This document shows positions 1-8,204 of a stretch of 32,000 bases of DNA, piece by piece. The translations under genes and the position numbers were made by a program. The notes beneath the pieces are model-generated. The model saw nothing but the letters and a program-made list of their open reading frames with translations. It did not search any database and was not told where the DNA came from. The stretch covers positions 780,001-812,000 of the forward strand of contig NZ_CP006867.1 in NCBI RefSeq assembly GCF_001481685.1, written 5' to 3'. Source of the DNA: Ignicoccus islandicus DSM 13165 (GTDB taxonomy: Archaea; Thermoproteota; Thermoprotei_A; Sulfolobales; Ignicoccaceae). Numbering within the stretch: the first letter of the stretch is position 1; every line of letters starts with the position of its first letter.

Positions 1-21
1 AGTGATTAATCCACCCTTCAC
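1..21 (-). CDS. Start of a downstream gene in the ATPase cluster (partial, product unknown)
   Basis: On the minus strand an SD-like GGAGGTG (34..28) precedes GTG AAG GGT GGA TTA ATC ACT (21..1), open to the window edge. Confidence 0.35.
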
Positions 22-77
22 GCCTTACACCTCCATTAGAGAGGTAGAGCTTCAGATAAAAAGGACTTCTAATGTAG

Positions 78-248
78 CTATTGTTCCATTTTGACCTTAG
101 AAAGCTCTTGATCAACCTTTCTCTTCATCTCAGTTTTTATTTCCTCTGCCTTCTTTTCCAGCTTATTAACTACCTCGGTATAGTAGGACTCTATCTTCAC
201 TTTGAGGTCCTTAACTAATTCATCCTTAGTAGGCAAACCCGCTTCCAT
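78..248 (-). CDS. Small 56-aa charged helical protein in the A-type ATP synthase cluster, possibly equivalent to the small epsilon subunit of Sulfolobus-type ATPases
   Basis: ORF absent from the supplied track: MEAGLPTKDELVKDLKVKIESYYTEVVNKLEKKAEEIKTEMKRKVDQELSKVKMEQ*. Its ATG overlaps the atpD stop as TAATG, the same junction as between atpB and atpD. Confidence 0.7.
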   Translation of the reverse strand: MEAGLPTKDELVKDLKVKIESYYTEVVNKLEKKAEEIKTEMKRKVDQELSKVKMEQ

Positions 249-889
249 TACGCAACCCTCCTACTTTGTAGTTTGTTACGTATCAATTTTAATCTCATGA
301 ATTCCTCTCTTTGCCTATCGTCTAGGACTTGTTTCACGAACTTGATGTTCTTTTGTATATCGGGCAATACGGAGTACTTTATTGCGTTGATTAGCCTCTG
401 CGTCCTTCTTAGCTCATTCATTATTCTGTACATGCTCATCTCAGCGTTCAAGGCTTTAGCTAGGGACTTCATCGCCTTTTCCATTTCTTCCTTAGCAGCA
501 TCCATATAAGGAGAACTGAACACTAAGGACAAGCTCGAAGCAGCAGTGGCGCTTTCGAATTCTACTACCGGTATCTTAACTCCGAAGGCCGATCGGGTAG
601 CTATCTTTGCCTTCAACGTTTCCGGTATGTACGCGACCTCTTGTTTACATTCCAACGCTCCGGATTGGACGAAGGCTAGGGCCATGTATTCTTGGGCCTT
701 CTCTAAATGTTTCGAGTACTCATCGTAGTACCTCTGGTAATCTGCTATGGCTCTCCTAAGGTATATTAGAAGTATATCTCTCTTATCTTCTAAGAGTTTC
801 TGGATCTTCTTAACGACCTTTTGCCTTTGCTTCAACCGTATTAGGTTTATCTTTGTAGGAAGTACCCTTTTAGCTCCAGGAAAACTCAT
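248..889 (-). CDS. atpD: A-type (V/A) ATP synthase subunit D
   Basis: 213 aa with N-terminus PTKINLIRLKQRQKVVKKIQKLLEDKRDILL, characteristic of V/A-ATPase subunit D; adjacent to subunit B. Confidence 0.93.
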   Translation of the reverse strand: MSFPGAKRVLPTKINLIRLKQRQKVVKKIQKLLEDKRDILLIYLRRAIADYQRYYDEYSKHLEKAQEYMALAFVQSGALECKQEVAYIPETLKAKIATRSAFGVKIPVVEFESATAASSLSLVFSSPYMDAAKEEMEKAMKSLAKALNAEMSMYRIMNELRRTQRLINAIKYSVLPDIQKNIKFVKQVLDDRQREEFMRLKLIRNKLQSRRVA

Positions 890-2328
890 TACTTCTTCAC
901 CTTTTCAAGCGCTTTACTGCTCCTGTATTTGGGATGGTACTTCTTGATGTATTCTGGTCTTATCTTCGTGAGTTCCTCCTCAGGAAGTATTGATAGGATC
1001 TCCCAAGCTAAGTCTAGGGTTTCCTCGATGCTCCTGTTCTCGTAGTAGTCTTGCCTCAAGAACTTTCTCTCGAACGCTTCACCGAACCTCAGATACTTCC
1101 TGTCCACTTCGCTTAGGCTCTCCTCACCTACTATTGCCGCTAGACCTCTAAGGTCAACGGCCCTTGCATAGGCAGCGTATAGCTGGTTAGAGACGTCGGG
1201 GTGATCTTCTCTAGTCTTACCCTTACCTATACCGTCCCTCATCAACCTGGATAGGCTCATTAGAACGTTGATCGGGGGATAGATGCCCTTGTTGTGAAGG
1301 TCTCTCGATAGTACTATCTGGCCCTCGGTAATGTAACCGGTTAGGTCCGGAATCGGGTGAGTGATGTCGTCGTTAGGCATCGTCAATATAGGCATCTGAG
1401 TTATCGATCCATTGGATCCCTTGACCCTACCGGCCCTTTCATAGATCGTTGCTAGATCGGTGTACATGTAACCGGGGTATCCTTGCCTTCCAGGAACCTC
1501 TTCTCTACTGGCTGAGATTTCTCTTAGCGCTTCACAATAATTGGTCATATCAGTTATTATTACTAGGACGTGCATGTCTTTCTTGAAAGCTAGGTACTCG
1601 GCGAGAGTTAGGGCGGCTCTGGGCGTCACTATCTTCATCATTGCTGGCTCGTTCGCTAAGCTCACGAACATTGCCGTCCTGTTTATTGCGCCGGTCTCTT
1701 CGAAGGCCTTCTTGAAGAAGAGTAACTCGTCGTACTGGATACCGACTGCCGCGAATACGACAGCGAAGGCCTCTTCCTTGCCTCTCACGGTAGCTTGCCT
1801 AGCTATTTGCGCGGCTAACTTGTTGTGAGGGAGACCTGAACCAGAGAAGATCGGGAGCTTCTGACCTCTAACTAGGGAGTTCATACCGTCTATAGCGCTT
1901 ATACCGGTTTGAATGAACTCGTCGGGGTATTCCCTTGCATATGGGTTTATTGGTTCGCCCCAGACGTTCCTCTTCTCAACAGCTCTTATTGGGGCCCCTC
2001 CGTCTATGGGTTCGCCCAAAGCGTTCATTATTCTACCTAACATGTCTTCGGAAAGCCCTATCTCCAATATCCTACCAGTGAAGCGTACCTTGCTCCCAGC
2101 GGGCGTTATTCCGGTCGTTCCCTCGAATACTTGTACTACCGCCAAACCTCTTCCAGTCTCGAGTACTATACCCCTCCTCTTCTCGCCACTAGGCAACTCT
2201 ATGTCTACTAGTTCACCGTATCCCGCGTCGCTAACTCCTTCAACTACTAGAAGCTGTCCTCTAATTTCGCTAATGGACTCGTATTCCTTGCCCCTAAGTT
2301 CTACCGTCACGTTCGTGCTACCCTCCAT
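889..2328 (-). CDS. atpB: A-type (V/A) ATP synthase subunit B
   Basis: 479 aa; [39 protein letters not shown] and [31 protein letters not shown] are typical of the non-catalytic B subunit. Confidence 0.96.
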   Translation of the reverse strand: MEGSTNVTVELRGKEYESISEIRGQLLVVEGVSDAGYGELVDIELPSGEKRRGIVLETGRGLAVVQVFEGTTGITPAGSKVRFTGRILEIGLSEDMLGRIMNALGEPIDGGAPIRAVEKRNVWGEPINPYAREYPDEFIQTGISAIDGMNSLVRGQKLPIFSGSGLPHNKLAAQIARQATVRGKEEAFAVVFAAVGIQYDELLFFKKAFEETGAINRTAMFVSLANEPAMMKIVTPRAALTLAEYLAFKKDMHVLVIITDMTNYCEALREISASREEVPGRQGYPGYMYTDLATIYERAGRVKGSNGSITQMPILTMPNDDITHPIPDLTGYITEGQIVLSRDLHNKGIYPPINVLMSLSRLMRDGIGKGKTREDHPDVSNQLYAAYARAVDLRGLAAIVGEESLSEVDRKYLRFGEAFERKFLRQDYYENRSIEETLDLAWEILSILPEEELTKIRPEYIKKYHPKYRSSKALEKVKK

Positions 2329-2350
2329 TTAGTATCCATGAGGTCGGAAT

Positions 2351-2360
2351 TATTTTAACT
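2351..2360 (-). promoter_or_regulatory. Putative archaeal TATA box for atpB
   Basis: Minus-strand GTTAAAATA lies about 25 nt upstream of the atpB ATG at 2328, which would give a leaderless or near-leaderless transcript. Confidence 0.4.
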
Positions 2361-2366
2361 TCTCTC

Positions 2367-2588
2367 CTACTTAACTACCCGGATTAGTTTGACCTTGCTA
2401 GTGGCACCTTTCACTATTTCAATGTCCTTCGCCTTGAAGTATTTCTTCAATAATTTGATCAGTTCCTTATTAGCTTTTCCTCTTTCAGGAGGGGCGTCGA
2501 CCCTTACAACTAAGCAATCGCCTTCCCAACCAACGACCTCGCTTTTCGCTGAATTAGGTTTAACGCAAACCTTTACCAGTTCCTCCAT
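2367..2588 (-). CDS. DUF167/YggU family protein
   Basis: 73 aa; VCVKPNSAKSEVVGW...VRVDAPPERGKANKELIKLLKKYF...SKVKLIRV matches the family pattern. Confidence 0.85.
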   Translation of the reverse strand: MEELVKVCVKPNSAKSEVVGWEGDCLVVRVDAPPERGKANKELIKLLKKYFKAKDIEIVKGATSKVKLIRVVK

Positions 2589-2641
2589 TACTTAGGACCC
2601 GGAATTGGTAAAAGAAGGTGCGTTATTACTTCGCGAGGTGA

Positions 2642-3553
2642 ATTGAGATACTCACGGTTCTCCGTTCAAAGACGTCGGTTTTAGTTAATGCAATTGTTAA
2701 AATACTACCGAAGTTTCTCCCGCCCGACCTATTGACGGTGATGAGCCTCCCATTCTCTTTAGCGTTCCTATATTACTCATGGCAAAGGGATTACTTTCTA
2801 GCAATTGCCTTCCTACTCCTTTCGTCCTTAATGGACGTACTCGATGGTGCTCTTGCTAGAGCCACTGGAAGGACGTCAAGGGCGGGATCCTTCTTAGATT
2901 CCTCTATCGATAGAATTAACGACGTAATAATTGCAGCCGCCCTTCCTTCAATAGGAGCGCCTTGGTTTTTGGCTTTCCTATGGGCAACGGGAGCTCTAAT
3001 AACTTCTACCCTAAGAGCGGCAGCCGAAATGGATGGTATTAAGGGCGAAGGAGTAGGCATCATGGAGAGGGGCGATAGAATAGTAGCAGTCCTCATAGTA
3101 TTTGTAATAAGAATTGTTGAAAGCAATATGAGTCTACCTACGCCTAAGTACTCCGTAGCGCTGGTTGCCGGCATAGATGCTCTTATATGGATAACAGTGG
3201 TACAGCGAGCGTTATTTTACGGATCAGTAAAGGCCTTATGGATGGGTTCCGTTGAGAGCTCCATAGTACTGGTTTCAATCTTACTCGGCAAAGCTTACGA
3301 CGTTTACGGGTTCTTAGGCGCGACCGGCATTCTAGGTTACGTTTACCTAATAGCTAAGTGGCTTTCCTTAGGATTTAGGTATCCCTTGAGCGTCTACGAC
3401 TCTGTTTTGGACTCCCTATCATTGTTCTCATTGGTATGGCTCCAAGGAGCGCCCTTCTGGCTTTTCTATGTAATTAGGATGAGTATGTACTACCTATCTT
3501 TACGAGGAACGCTGTTTTCAAGTATTCGAGGTAAGGGACCTGGGGTAAGGTAA
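2642..3553 (+). CDS. CDP-alcohol phosphatidyltransferase family membrane enzyme
   Basis: Motif DxxDGxxARxxxxxxxxGxxxDxxxD present as DVLDGALARATGRTSRAGSFLDSSIDR. The track starts at TTG 2732, but conserved-looking sequence (LRSKTSVLVNAIVKILPKFLPPDLLTVMSL) extends in frame to 2642. Exact start uncertain. Confidence 0.85.
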   Translation: MEILTVLRSKTSVLVNAIVKILPKFLPPDLLTVMSLPFSLAFLYYSWQRDYFLAIAFLLLSSLMDVLDGALARATGRTSRAGSFLDSSIDRINDVIIAAALPSIGAPWFLAFLWATGALITSTLRAAAEMDGIKGEGVGIMERGDRIVAVLIVFVIRIVESNMSLPTPKYSVALVAGIDALIWITVVQRALFYGSVKALWMGSVESSIVLVSILLGKAYDVYGFLGATGILGYVYLIAKWLSLGFRYPLSVYDSVLDSLSLFSLVWLQGAPFWLFYVIRMSMYYLSLRGTLFSSIRGKGPGVR

Positions 3554-4628
3554 CGTGGTCCCTAGAAGCCCCTCCTATCTTGAATATCCTTACGTGGGAT
3601 TTAGCGTAGCGAGTCGCTTTCCCTATCACACCTAAGAACTTATCTCGAGTAAGAGGTTGAGAACAAGACGAAAGCGCAGCGATGCCTCCGATCTCGAGTC
3701 GCTTTAAGCTCTCAGAATACGCTTTTAAGTAATCCTTTACACCGATTTCGAAGTATTCCTTCGAGGGAATGAAGGCCGGCGGATCTACGCTCATCGAATC
3801 GAAAGAGCCCCTCTCGATCCTCAAGTAACTCCATACATCGGATTGGACTATCTCAGCCTTATCTTCGTTTACCCCATTTAATTTCAAGTTTATCCTAAGC
3901 ACGCTGAGCGCCTCTGGATCCTCGTCAACGAACTTAACCTTAGATGCCCCGTTGTGAAGTGCATGGAGACCGAAACCTCCAGTATATGAGAAGAGATCCA
4001 ATACCCTTCCGTAAGAAAGATGACCAAACAGAACCCTATTCTCCCTTTGATCCAAATATAGCCCAGTTTTCTGTAAGGTTACGTTCACGTACATCTTTAC
4101 GCCTTCTTCGTCCACAACGACTTCCTTGACGTTGCCTATAATGAAACCCTCCCTAGGTTCTAGGCCAACCTTCCTCCTGACCCTCTGAACGCTCTTTTCG
4201 TAGACGCTGGAGACGCCAGTCACCCTCTTAACTATTTCCGCTATTTCACTAATGTGAACGTCGATGGCCCTAGACGAGGACTGTAAAACGGCTACGTCCT
4301 TATATACGTCAACAATTAGCCCGGACAGCATATCTCCATCGCCGTTAACTAGCCTATAGGCTTCCCAATTGGCCGCTCCATTGAGCTCCCTCACTCGATA
4401 GCTATTTTCTATAAGCTCTTCGAACGCGTCCTTGGGAGTTGATGGACACTCGTGAAATAGGAGCAACCTCAGCCTCACTGGACCTGTCTCGTCCCACATC
4501 CCGCATAGCTTCATGTCCCCGAACTCGATGTCTACCAATTCGCCTACCTTTCCCTTACCCTTTACGTTCTTTTCGAACACTATTGGAGGGCCAGCTAGGG
4601 CTTTCCGCAGACCTTCCTCGGTTATCAC
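3474..4628 (-). CDS. Class I SAM-dependent RNA methyltransferase with PUA-like N-terminus (RlmI-like)
   Basis: 384 aa; LQKTGLYLDQRENR, VLDLFSYTGGFGLHALHNGASKVKFVDEDPEAL, SVDPPAF and SSCSQPL are typical of the YccW/RlmI family. Confidence 0.87.
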   Translation of the reverse strand: MITEEGLRKALAGPPIVFEKNVKGKGKVGELVDIEFGDMKLCGMWDETGPVRLRLLLFHECPSTPKDAFEELIENSYRVRELNGAANWEAYRLVNGDGDMLSGLIVDVYKDVAVLQSSSRAIDVHISEIAEIVKRVTGVSSVYEKSVQRVRRKVGLEPREGFIIGNVKEVVVDEEGVKMYVNVTLQKTGLYLDQRENRVLFGHLSYGRVLDLFSYTGGFGLHALHNGASKVKFVDEDPEALSVLRINLKLNGVNEDKAEIVQSDVWSYLRIERGSFDSMSVDPPAFIPSKEYFEIGVKDYLKAYSESLKRLEIGGIAALSSCSQPLTRDKFLGVIGKATRYAKSHVRIFKIGGASRDHVTLPQVPYLEYLKTAFLVKIGSTYSS

Positions 4629-5437
4629 TTTACAATACCCTCTTTCATCAATTCCGAGACGGCAATTAGAATCGAAGTACCTATGAGGTCAGCAGTCGTT
4701 CCCGGGTTCAAATTTAACTCCCTTATGTACTCTTCGTGAAGACCCTTCCTAGCTAGTAAAGTTAAGTTGTAAGCGACCTTTAACCCCCATTTCCTTGCAA
4801 CTAGGTCGTCCAACACCTCCGATAGAATTAAGCCTTGTAACTTAGGTATTTCCTCAAATCCTCTCCGTATTAGGTAACGCGCGCCTTTGATACTGATGGG
4901 GTATCCACTAAGTATTTCCCTTGAAATAGTATCTCCCATTCTCTCAAGAACATCGTATAGGTTCCAGCCCTTTTCCAACGCTATTTCCGGACGACTAACG
5001 TCGGGATATTCTCGAGCTTCTATCTTCTTTAAGTGGGTTAACTTGCTTAATTTCAAGGACTTTAAGAACAGGTAAGCGTCCTCTGGCGTGCTCTCTTTAA
5101 CCTCTCTGAGACCGCACTTACCCATTTCGAGTCCCTCGTCTAGGCAGTTGAATAATGGAATGGTAAGTATAGCGAAGCCCGTTAACGCGCTCTTCCTTTG
5201 GTTAGGTATAAAAGCGAGGAACCTTTCGCCTAGAGGAAGCTTCATCTCGCATACTTCCTTCAACCTATAGGCTTCCATTAACAAGTCGAAGTACTGAAAG
5301 TTGGAAGGATTAGTAGGGTATACGTTGCCTGCCTTAGGGTAAGCCCCCTCCAAGGCCTCTGCTATTAATATGAGATCACATTTAGGTACGAGCCTAACCC
5401 GAGGTGGAGCCTCTCTCCCAAGGTCGATAGTTCCCAA
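4625..5437 (-). CDS. Triphosphoribosyl-dephospho-CoA synthase-like (CitG/MdcB) family protein
   Basis: EALEGAYPKAGNVYP at the N-terminus and LNPGTTADLIGTSILIAV at the C-terminus match CitG-family motifs. The start may be internal because the ORF overlaps the upstream gene by 73 bp. Confidence 0.72.
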   Translation of the reverse strand: MGTIDLGREAPPRVRLVPKCDLILIAEALEGAYPKAGNVYPTNPSNFQYFDLLMEAYRLKEVCEMKLPLGERFLAFIPNQRKSALTGFAILTIPLFNCLDEGLEMGKCGLREVKESTPEDAYLFLKSLKLSKLTHLKKIEAREYPDVSRPEIALEKGWNLYDVLERMGDTISREILSGYPISIKGARYLIRRGFEEIPKLQGLILSEVLDDLVARKWGLKVAYNLTLLARKGLHEEYIRELNLNPGTTADLIGTSILIAVSELMKEGIVK

Positions 5438-6150
5438 GAACCTCTCACCTCTATTTCCATACCAACTTTCAATTCGGAGTGTTGCATCCTCAAGCTCTCT
5501 ATTACTATTCCATTATCCAATTGATACACGTACGGCATTACGTTGCCTTGCGCTTCGACTATAACTCCTCGCACGCTTCTAGCGCCTATCACCGAGGGCC
5601 TCGTCGGAGCCCTATTAGGACCGACCAGCCTTATTGAGTAGTGATAACCGCGCCATTCGCCCTCCAAGAGGGCTTCCCTACTCCTATACTCGACTGCACC
5701 GCTTCCGAGCGAATCCCACTTGCCCCATTTCGGGGGCTCGGTTTCCCCGCTTTCCCTCATCTCCCTTAGAGCCTTAATTACGCGTTCGAAGTTGTTATAG
5801 TAAACGAGATCCAAGTCTCCTTCTATACCAACAACTCTAGAGCCCGTTAATCCAGCCCCCTTGGGTAAGATCGAAGCGAAGTCCTTAGCCACTTTGTCCG
5901 CTTCTATTAAGTCCAACGGATTCATTATTATTGCCTTCGAGAGAGGAACTAGCGGAACTGGTCTGGGTGCACAGTCGCAACGCCTAACTAGGTTTAAGAT
6001 GGAACTTAAGGAGGTCGTGTCACTAACTTTCCTGTTACCAACGTATCTCGGGAAGGCAACTGCAAACCCTTCAGGATGTTCAACTCCCTTAACCATCCAC
6101 GTTACGTCCTTATATTTCAAGAGGAACCCTTCCTTAACTTCTCCTTGCAA
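5365..6150 (-). CDS. Predicted archaeal nucleotidyltransferase (COG1665-type)
   Basis: GLTGSRVVGIEGDLDLVYYN resembles the GS...D-x-D nucleotidyltransferase signature; WMVKGVEHPEGFAVAFPRYV at the N-terminus. Confidence 0.6.
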   Translation of the reverse strand: MQGEVKEGFLLKYKDVTWMVKGVEHPEGFAVAFPRYVGNRKVSDTTSLSSILNLVRRCDCAPRPVPLVPLSKAIIMNPLDLIEADKVAKDFASILPKGAGLTGSRVVGIEGDLDLVYYNNFERVIKALREMRESGETEPPKWGKWDSLGSGAVEYRSREALLEGEWRGYHYSIRLVGPNRAPTRPSVIGARSVRGVIVEAQGNVMPYVYQLDNGIVIESLRMQHSELKVGMEIEVRGSWELSTLGERLHLGLGSYLNVISY

Positions 6151-6542
6151 GGAGGGTTCTCCGGGTTTTCAACAATTGCTTTCAGAAAAACGCATCGCTT
6201 CGTGGTAGGAGAGAAGAAAACGCAATCGTAACAACTTCTCGGTACTTCGCCTTTCAAGGGATTCTTGAACTTCTCAGTCGATTTCTTAACGTGCTCGTTT
6301 ACCATTCTCTCTATCTCTTTCTCAGAGTTGTCTGCGTGGTGCGATTCAACTAGTTCTTCCTCTTCCGGTACGACCACTTCGCTCCTAGTTGGCTTAGTTT
6401 TTAGAAGGTAAATTGGGCATGAGCTATAATTTGGGGTCAGACACCCATACTCTAGGTGATTTACTTCCTCATTTATAACGGAACATACGACCCTCTTCTT
6501 AAAAACTCCTTTGACTTTGGCGAAAGGGCACTTTCCTGGCAA
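6117..6542 (-). CDS. Cysteine-rich hypothetical protein with two four-Cys clusters
   Basis: 141 aa; N-terminal Cys set (MPGKCPFAK...VVCSV...GCLTP...SCPIY) and C-terminal set (CYDCVFF...RCVF...PPC), consistent with metal or Fe-S binding. Confidence 0.6.
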   Translation of the reverse strand: MPGKCPFAKVKGVFKKRVVCSVINEEVNHLEYGCLTPNYSSCPIYLLKTKPTRSEVVVPEEEELVESHHADNSEKEIERMVNEHVKKSTEKFKNPLKGEVPRSCYDCVFFSPTTKRCVFLKAIVENPENPPCKEKLRKGSS

Positions 6543-6591
6543 GATCCATCACCTTCAACGTTATTACGTGCTATCGTTCTTGATAAAGAAT

Positions 6592-7716
6592 TTACTTCCC
6601 TTCCCTTCTTAAAGAAGTAACTATAACATAGAGGGGGACTAGCGTTCCGTAAGTCATTAGGGTCCACGCTACACAGAACGGTTTGACGACCTTTAGTTTT
6701 TCGCCTTCGACCTTTACTAAGTGCCCTAAAAGCGTAGGCCAATACGTTTCGTTATTATACTTTATTAGGAGCTGATCGTTTCCCCTCGCGAAGCCGGGCG
6801 CGGGAACTAGTTGCGGTGTCGGAATTTCCTTGAGGCTCTTCAAAGTTACGTTAGTTTCTTCCTCGCCGTAGCTCACCGTTACCCTAAGCGAACCCTTGAG
6901 CTGTAGAAGTTCTCCTTTCGAATTAATTGCTATTACGTTTTGGGATCCGTTCGTCAATTCTACCTTAACGACCCTTCCCACGTGCCCCAGAGGTAATGAC
7001 GTTATCGCTGAAAACAAGAAGATGACAAGTGCTATGGAGGCCCCAGCTACCACTATCTTCTTTTCGAATCCTATCGCAACTCCGATGGCTATTAGGATTG
7101 AAGTTATTACCACTAACAATACCTTTGAAACGAAGTAAGGCGTTACGCCCGGCTGGGTTACGAACGATTTAGTATTGCTCATAGTCGGATGCAAGCTACC
7201 TTGAATTACGTAGGGCGCTATGAAGCTTATTGGCAAGGAAGCGAAGGCTGCTATTGCATAGACAGCCGATATCACGGCCCTCTTTTCCGGTTCCTTGATG
7301 CTATACCTTATTGCGACGTACACTAAATACGCTATGAACATTAGTAATACTGAAGTTTCCCTAGGATCCCAGTTCCACGAACTTCCCCACGATTCCAAGG
7401 CCCACATGCTTCCCGTAATTAATGTGAGGAACGCGTATACCAAGGCCGTATATATGAACGCCGAAGCGTATCGATCGAATTTTTCGTTATTCGTAATTAA
7501 GTAGATAATTGAAAGAACGAAGCCTGCCGTAAACAAGATGTAGGAAGCCCACGCTATTGGTACGTGTAAGTAAACATTTAAGTACGCTGCCGGACTACCT
7601 AGAGGAACTGCGCTTGGAATAGGCGCCTTGGTGACTACTAGATTCGATACAACTGCGTCTGCGATCAATAAGATGGATACTAGGATCGATATTGAAATCG
7701 ATAAATACCTACTCAT
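6592..7716 (-). CDS. ccmC: Cytochrome c biogenesis protein, CcmC/CcsA-type haem handling (WWD domain)
   Basis: Multi-TM protein with WALESWGSSWNWDPRETSVLLMFIAYL (haem-handling WWD motif) and an inserted soluble domain before the last TM segment. Confidence 0.85.
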   Translation of the reverse strand: MSRYLSISISILVSILLIADAVVSNLVVTKAPIPSAVPLGSPAAYLNVYLHVPIAWASYILFTAGFVLSIIYLITNNEKFDRYASAFIYTALVYAFLTLITGSMWALESWGSSWNWDPRETSVLLMFIAYLVYVAIRYSIKEPEKRAVISAVYAIAAFASLPISFIAPYVIQGSLHPTMSNTKSFVTQPGVTPYFVSKVLLVVITSILIAIGVAIGFEKKIVVAGASIALVIFLFSAITSLPLGHVGRVVKVELTNGSQNVIAINSKGELLQLKGSLRVTVSYGEEETNVTLKSLKEIPTPQLVPAPGFARGNDQLLIKYNNETYWPTLLGHLVKVEGEKLKVVKPFCVAWTLMTYGTLVPLYVIVTSLRREGK

Positions 7717-7775
7717 TTGTCTTTACCGGTGTAAACGATTTACTTCTCCGTATTTTTGGGTATCGGGAACAAGCT

Positions 7776-8198
7776 TTGAAGGAAATCAGTGTAAGGGACA
7801 TCGAATCGAGTCCGAGGTCCTACGTCCTAGTTGATACGTCTGTACTTATGCTAATTGAGGAAAGAGCGAACGTTCTGGAAGACTTGACTTCGCGTGGATT
7901 GAAGTGCGTCGTTACTACTACCGTTCTAAGGGAACTAGAGAAGTTATCGAAGATGGGTGGAAGGAAGGGGTTAGCAGCTAGATTGGCCCTTAAGGTCGTT
8001 CAGAGCTCTTGTTACGTCCTTCCAACTGAAGGAAGGAAATGGGCCGATGAGGAATTGGTTGATATAGCCTTGAGATATTCAGTTCCAGTTGCTACAGCCG
8101 ACTTGGAATTGAGGAGGAAACTCTTGAGGAAAGTTCCGACATTCTATTATAGGAAGACTCAAAGGAGGATGGAGAGTGACGATTACTTCGAAATTTAA
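7776..8198 (+). CDS. PIN-domain protein (Fcf1/VapC9-like, COG1412 type)
   Basis: YVLVDTSVLMLIEERANVLEDL...TTTVLRELEKLS...DEELVDIALRYSVPVATADLELRRKLLRK. The track start at 7692 overlaps the divergent ccmC gene; in-frame TTG 7776 is a more plausible start. Confidence 0.8.
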   Translation: MKEISVRDIESSPRSYVLVDTSVLMLIEERANVLEDLTSRGLKCVVTTTVLRELEKLSKMGGRKGLAARLALKVVQSSCYVLPTEGRKWADEELVDIALRYSVPVATADLELRRKLLRKVPTFYYRKTQRRMESDDYFEI

Positions 8199-8204
8199 AA
8201 AGCT

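Noticed and set aside
7776-8198. PIN-domain protein as a VapC toxin
   Set aside because: No antitoxin gene is adjacent and the sequence looks like the Fcf1/COG1412 type, more likely RNA processing.
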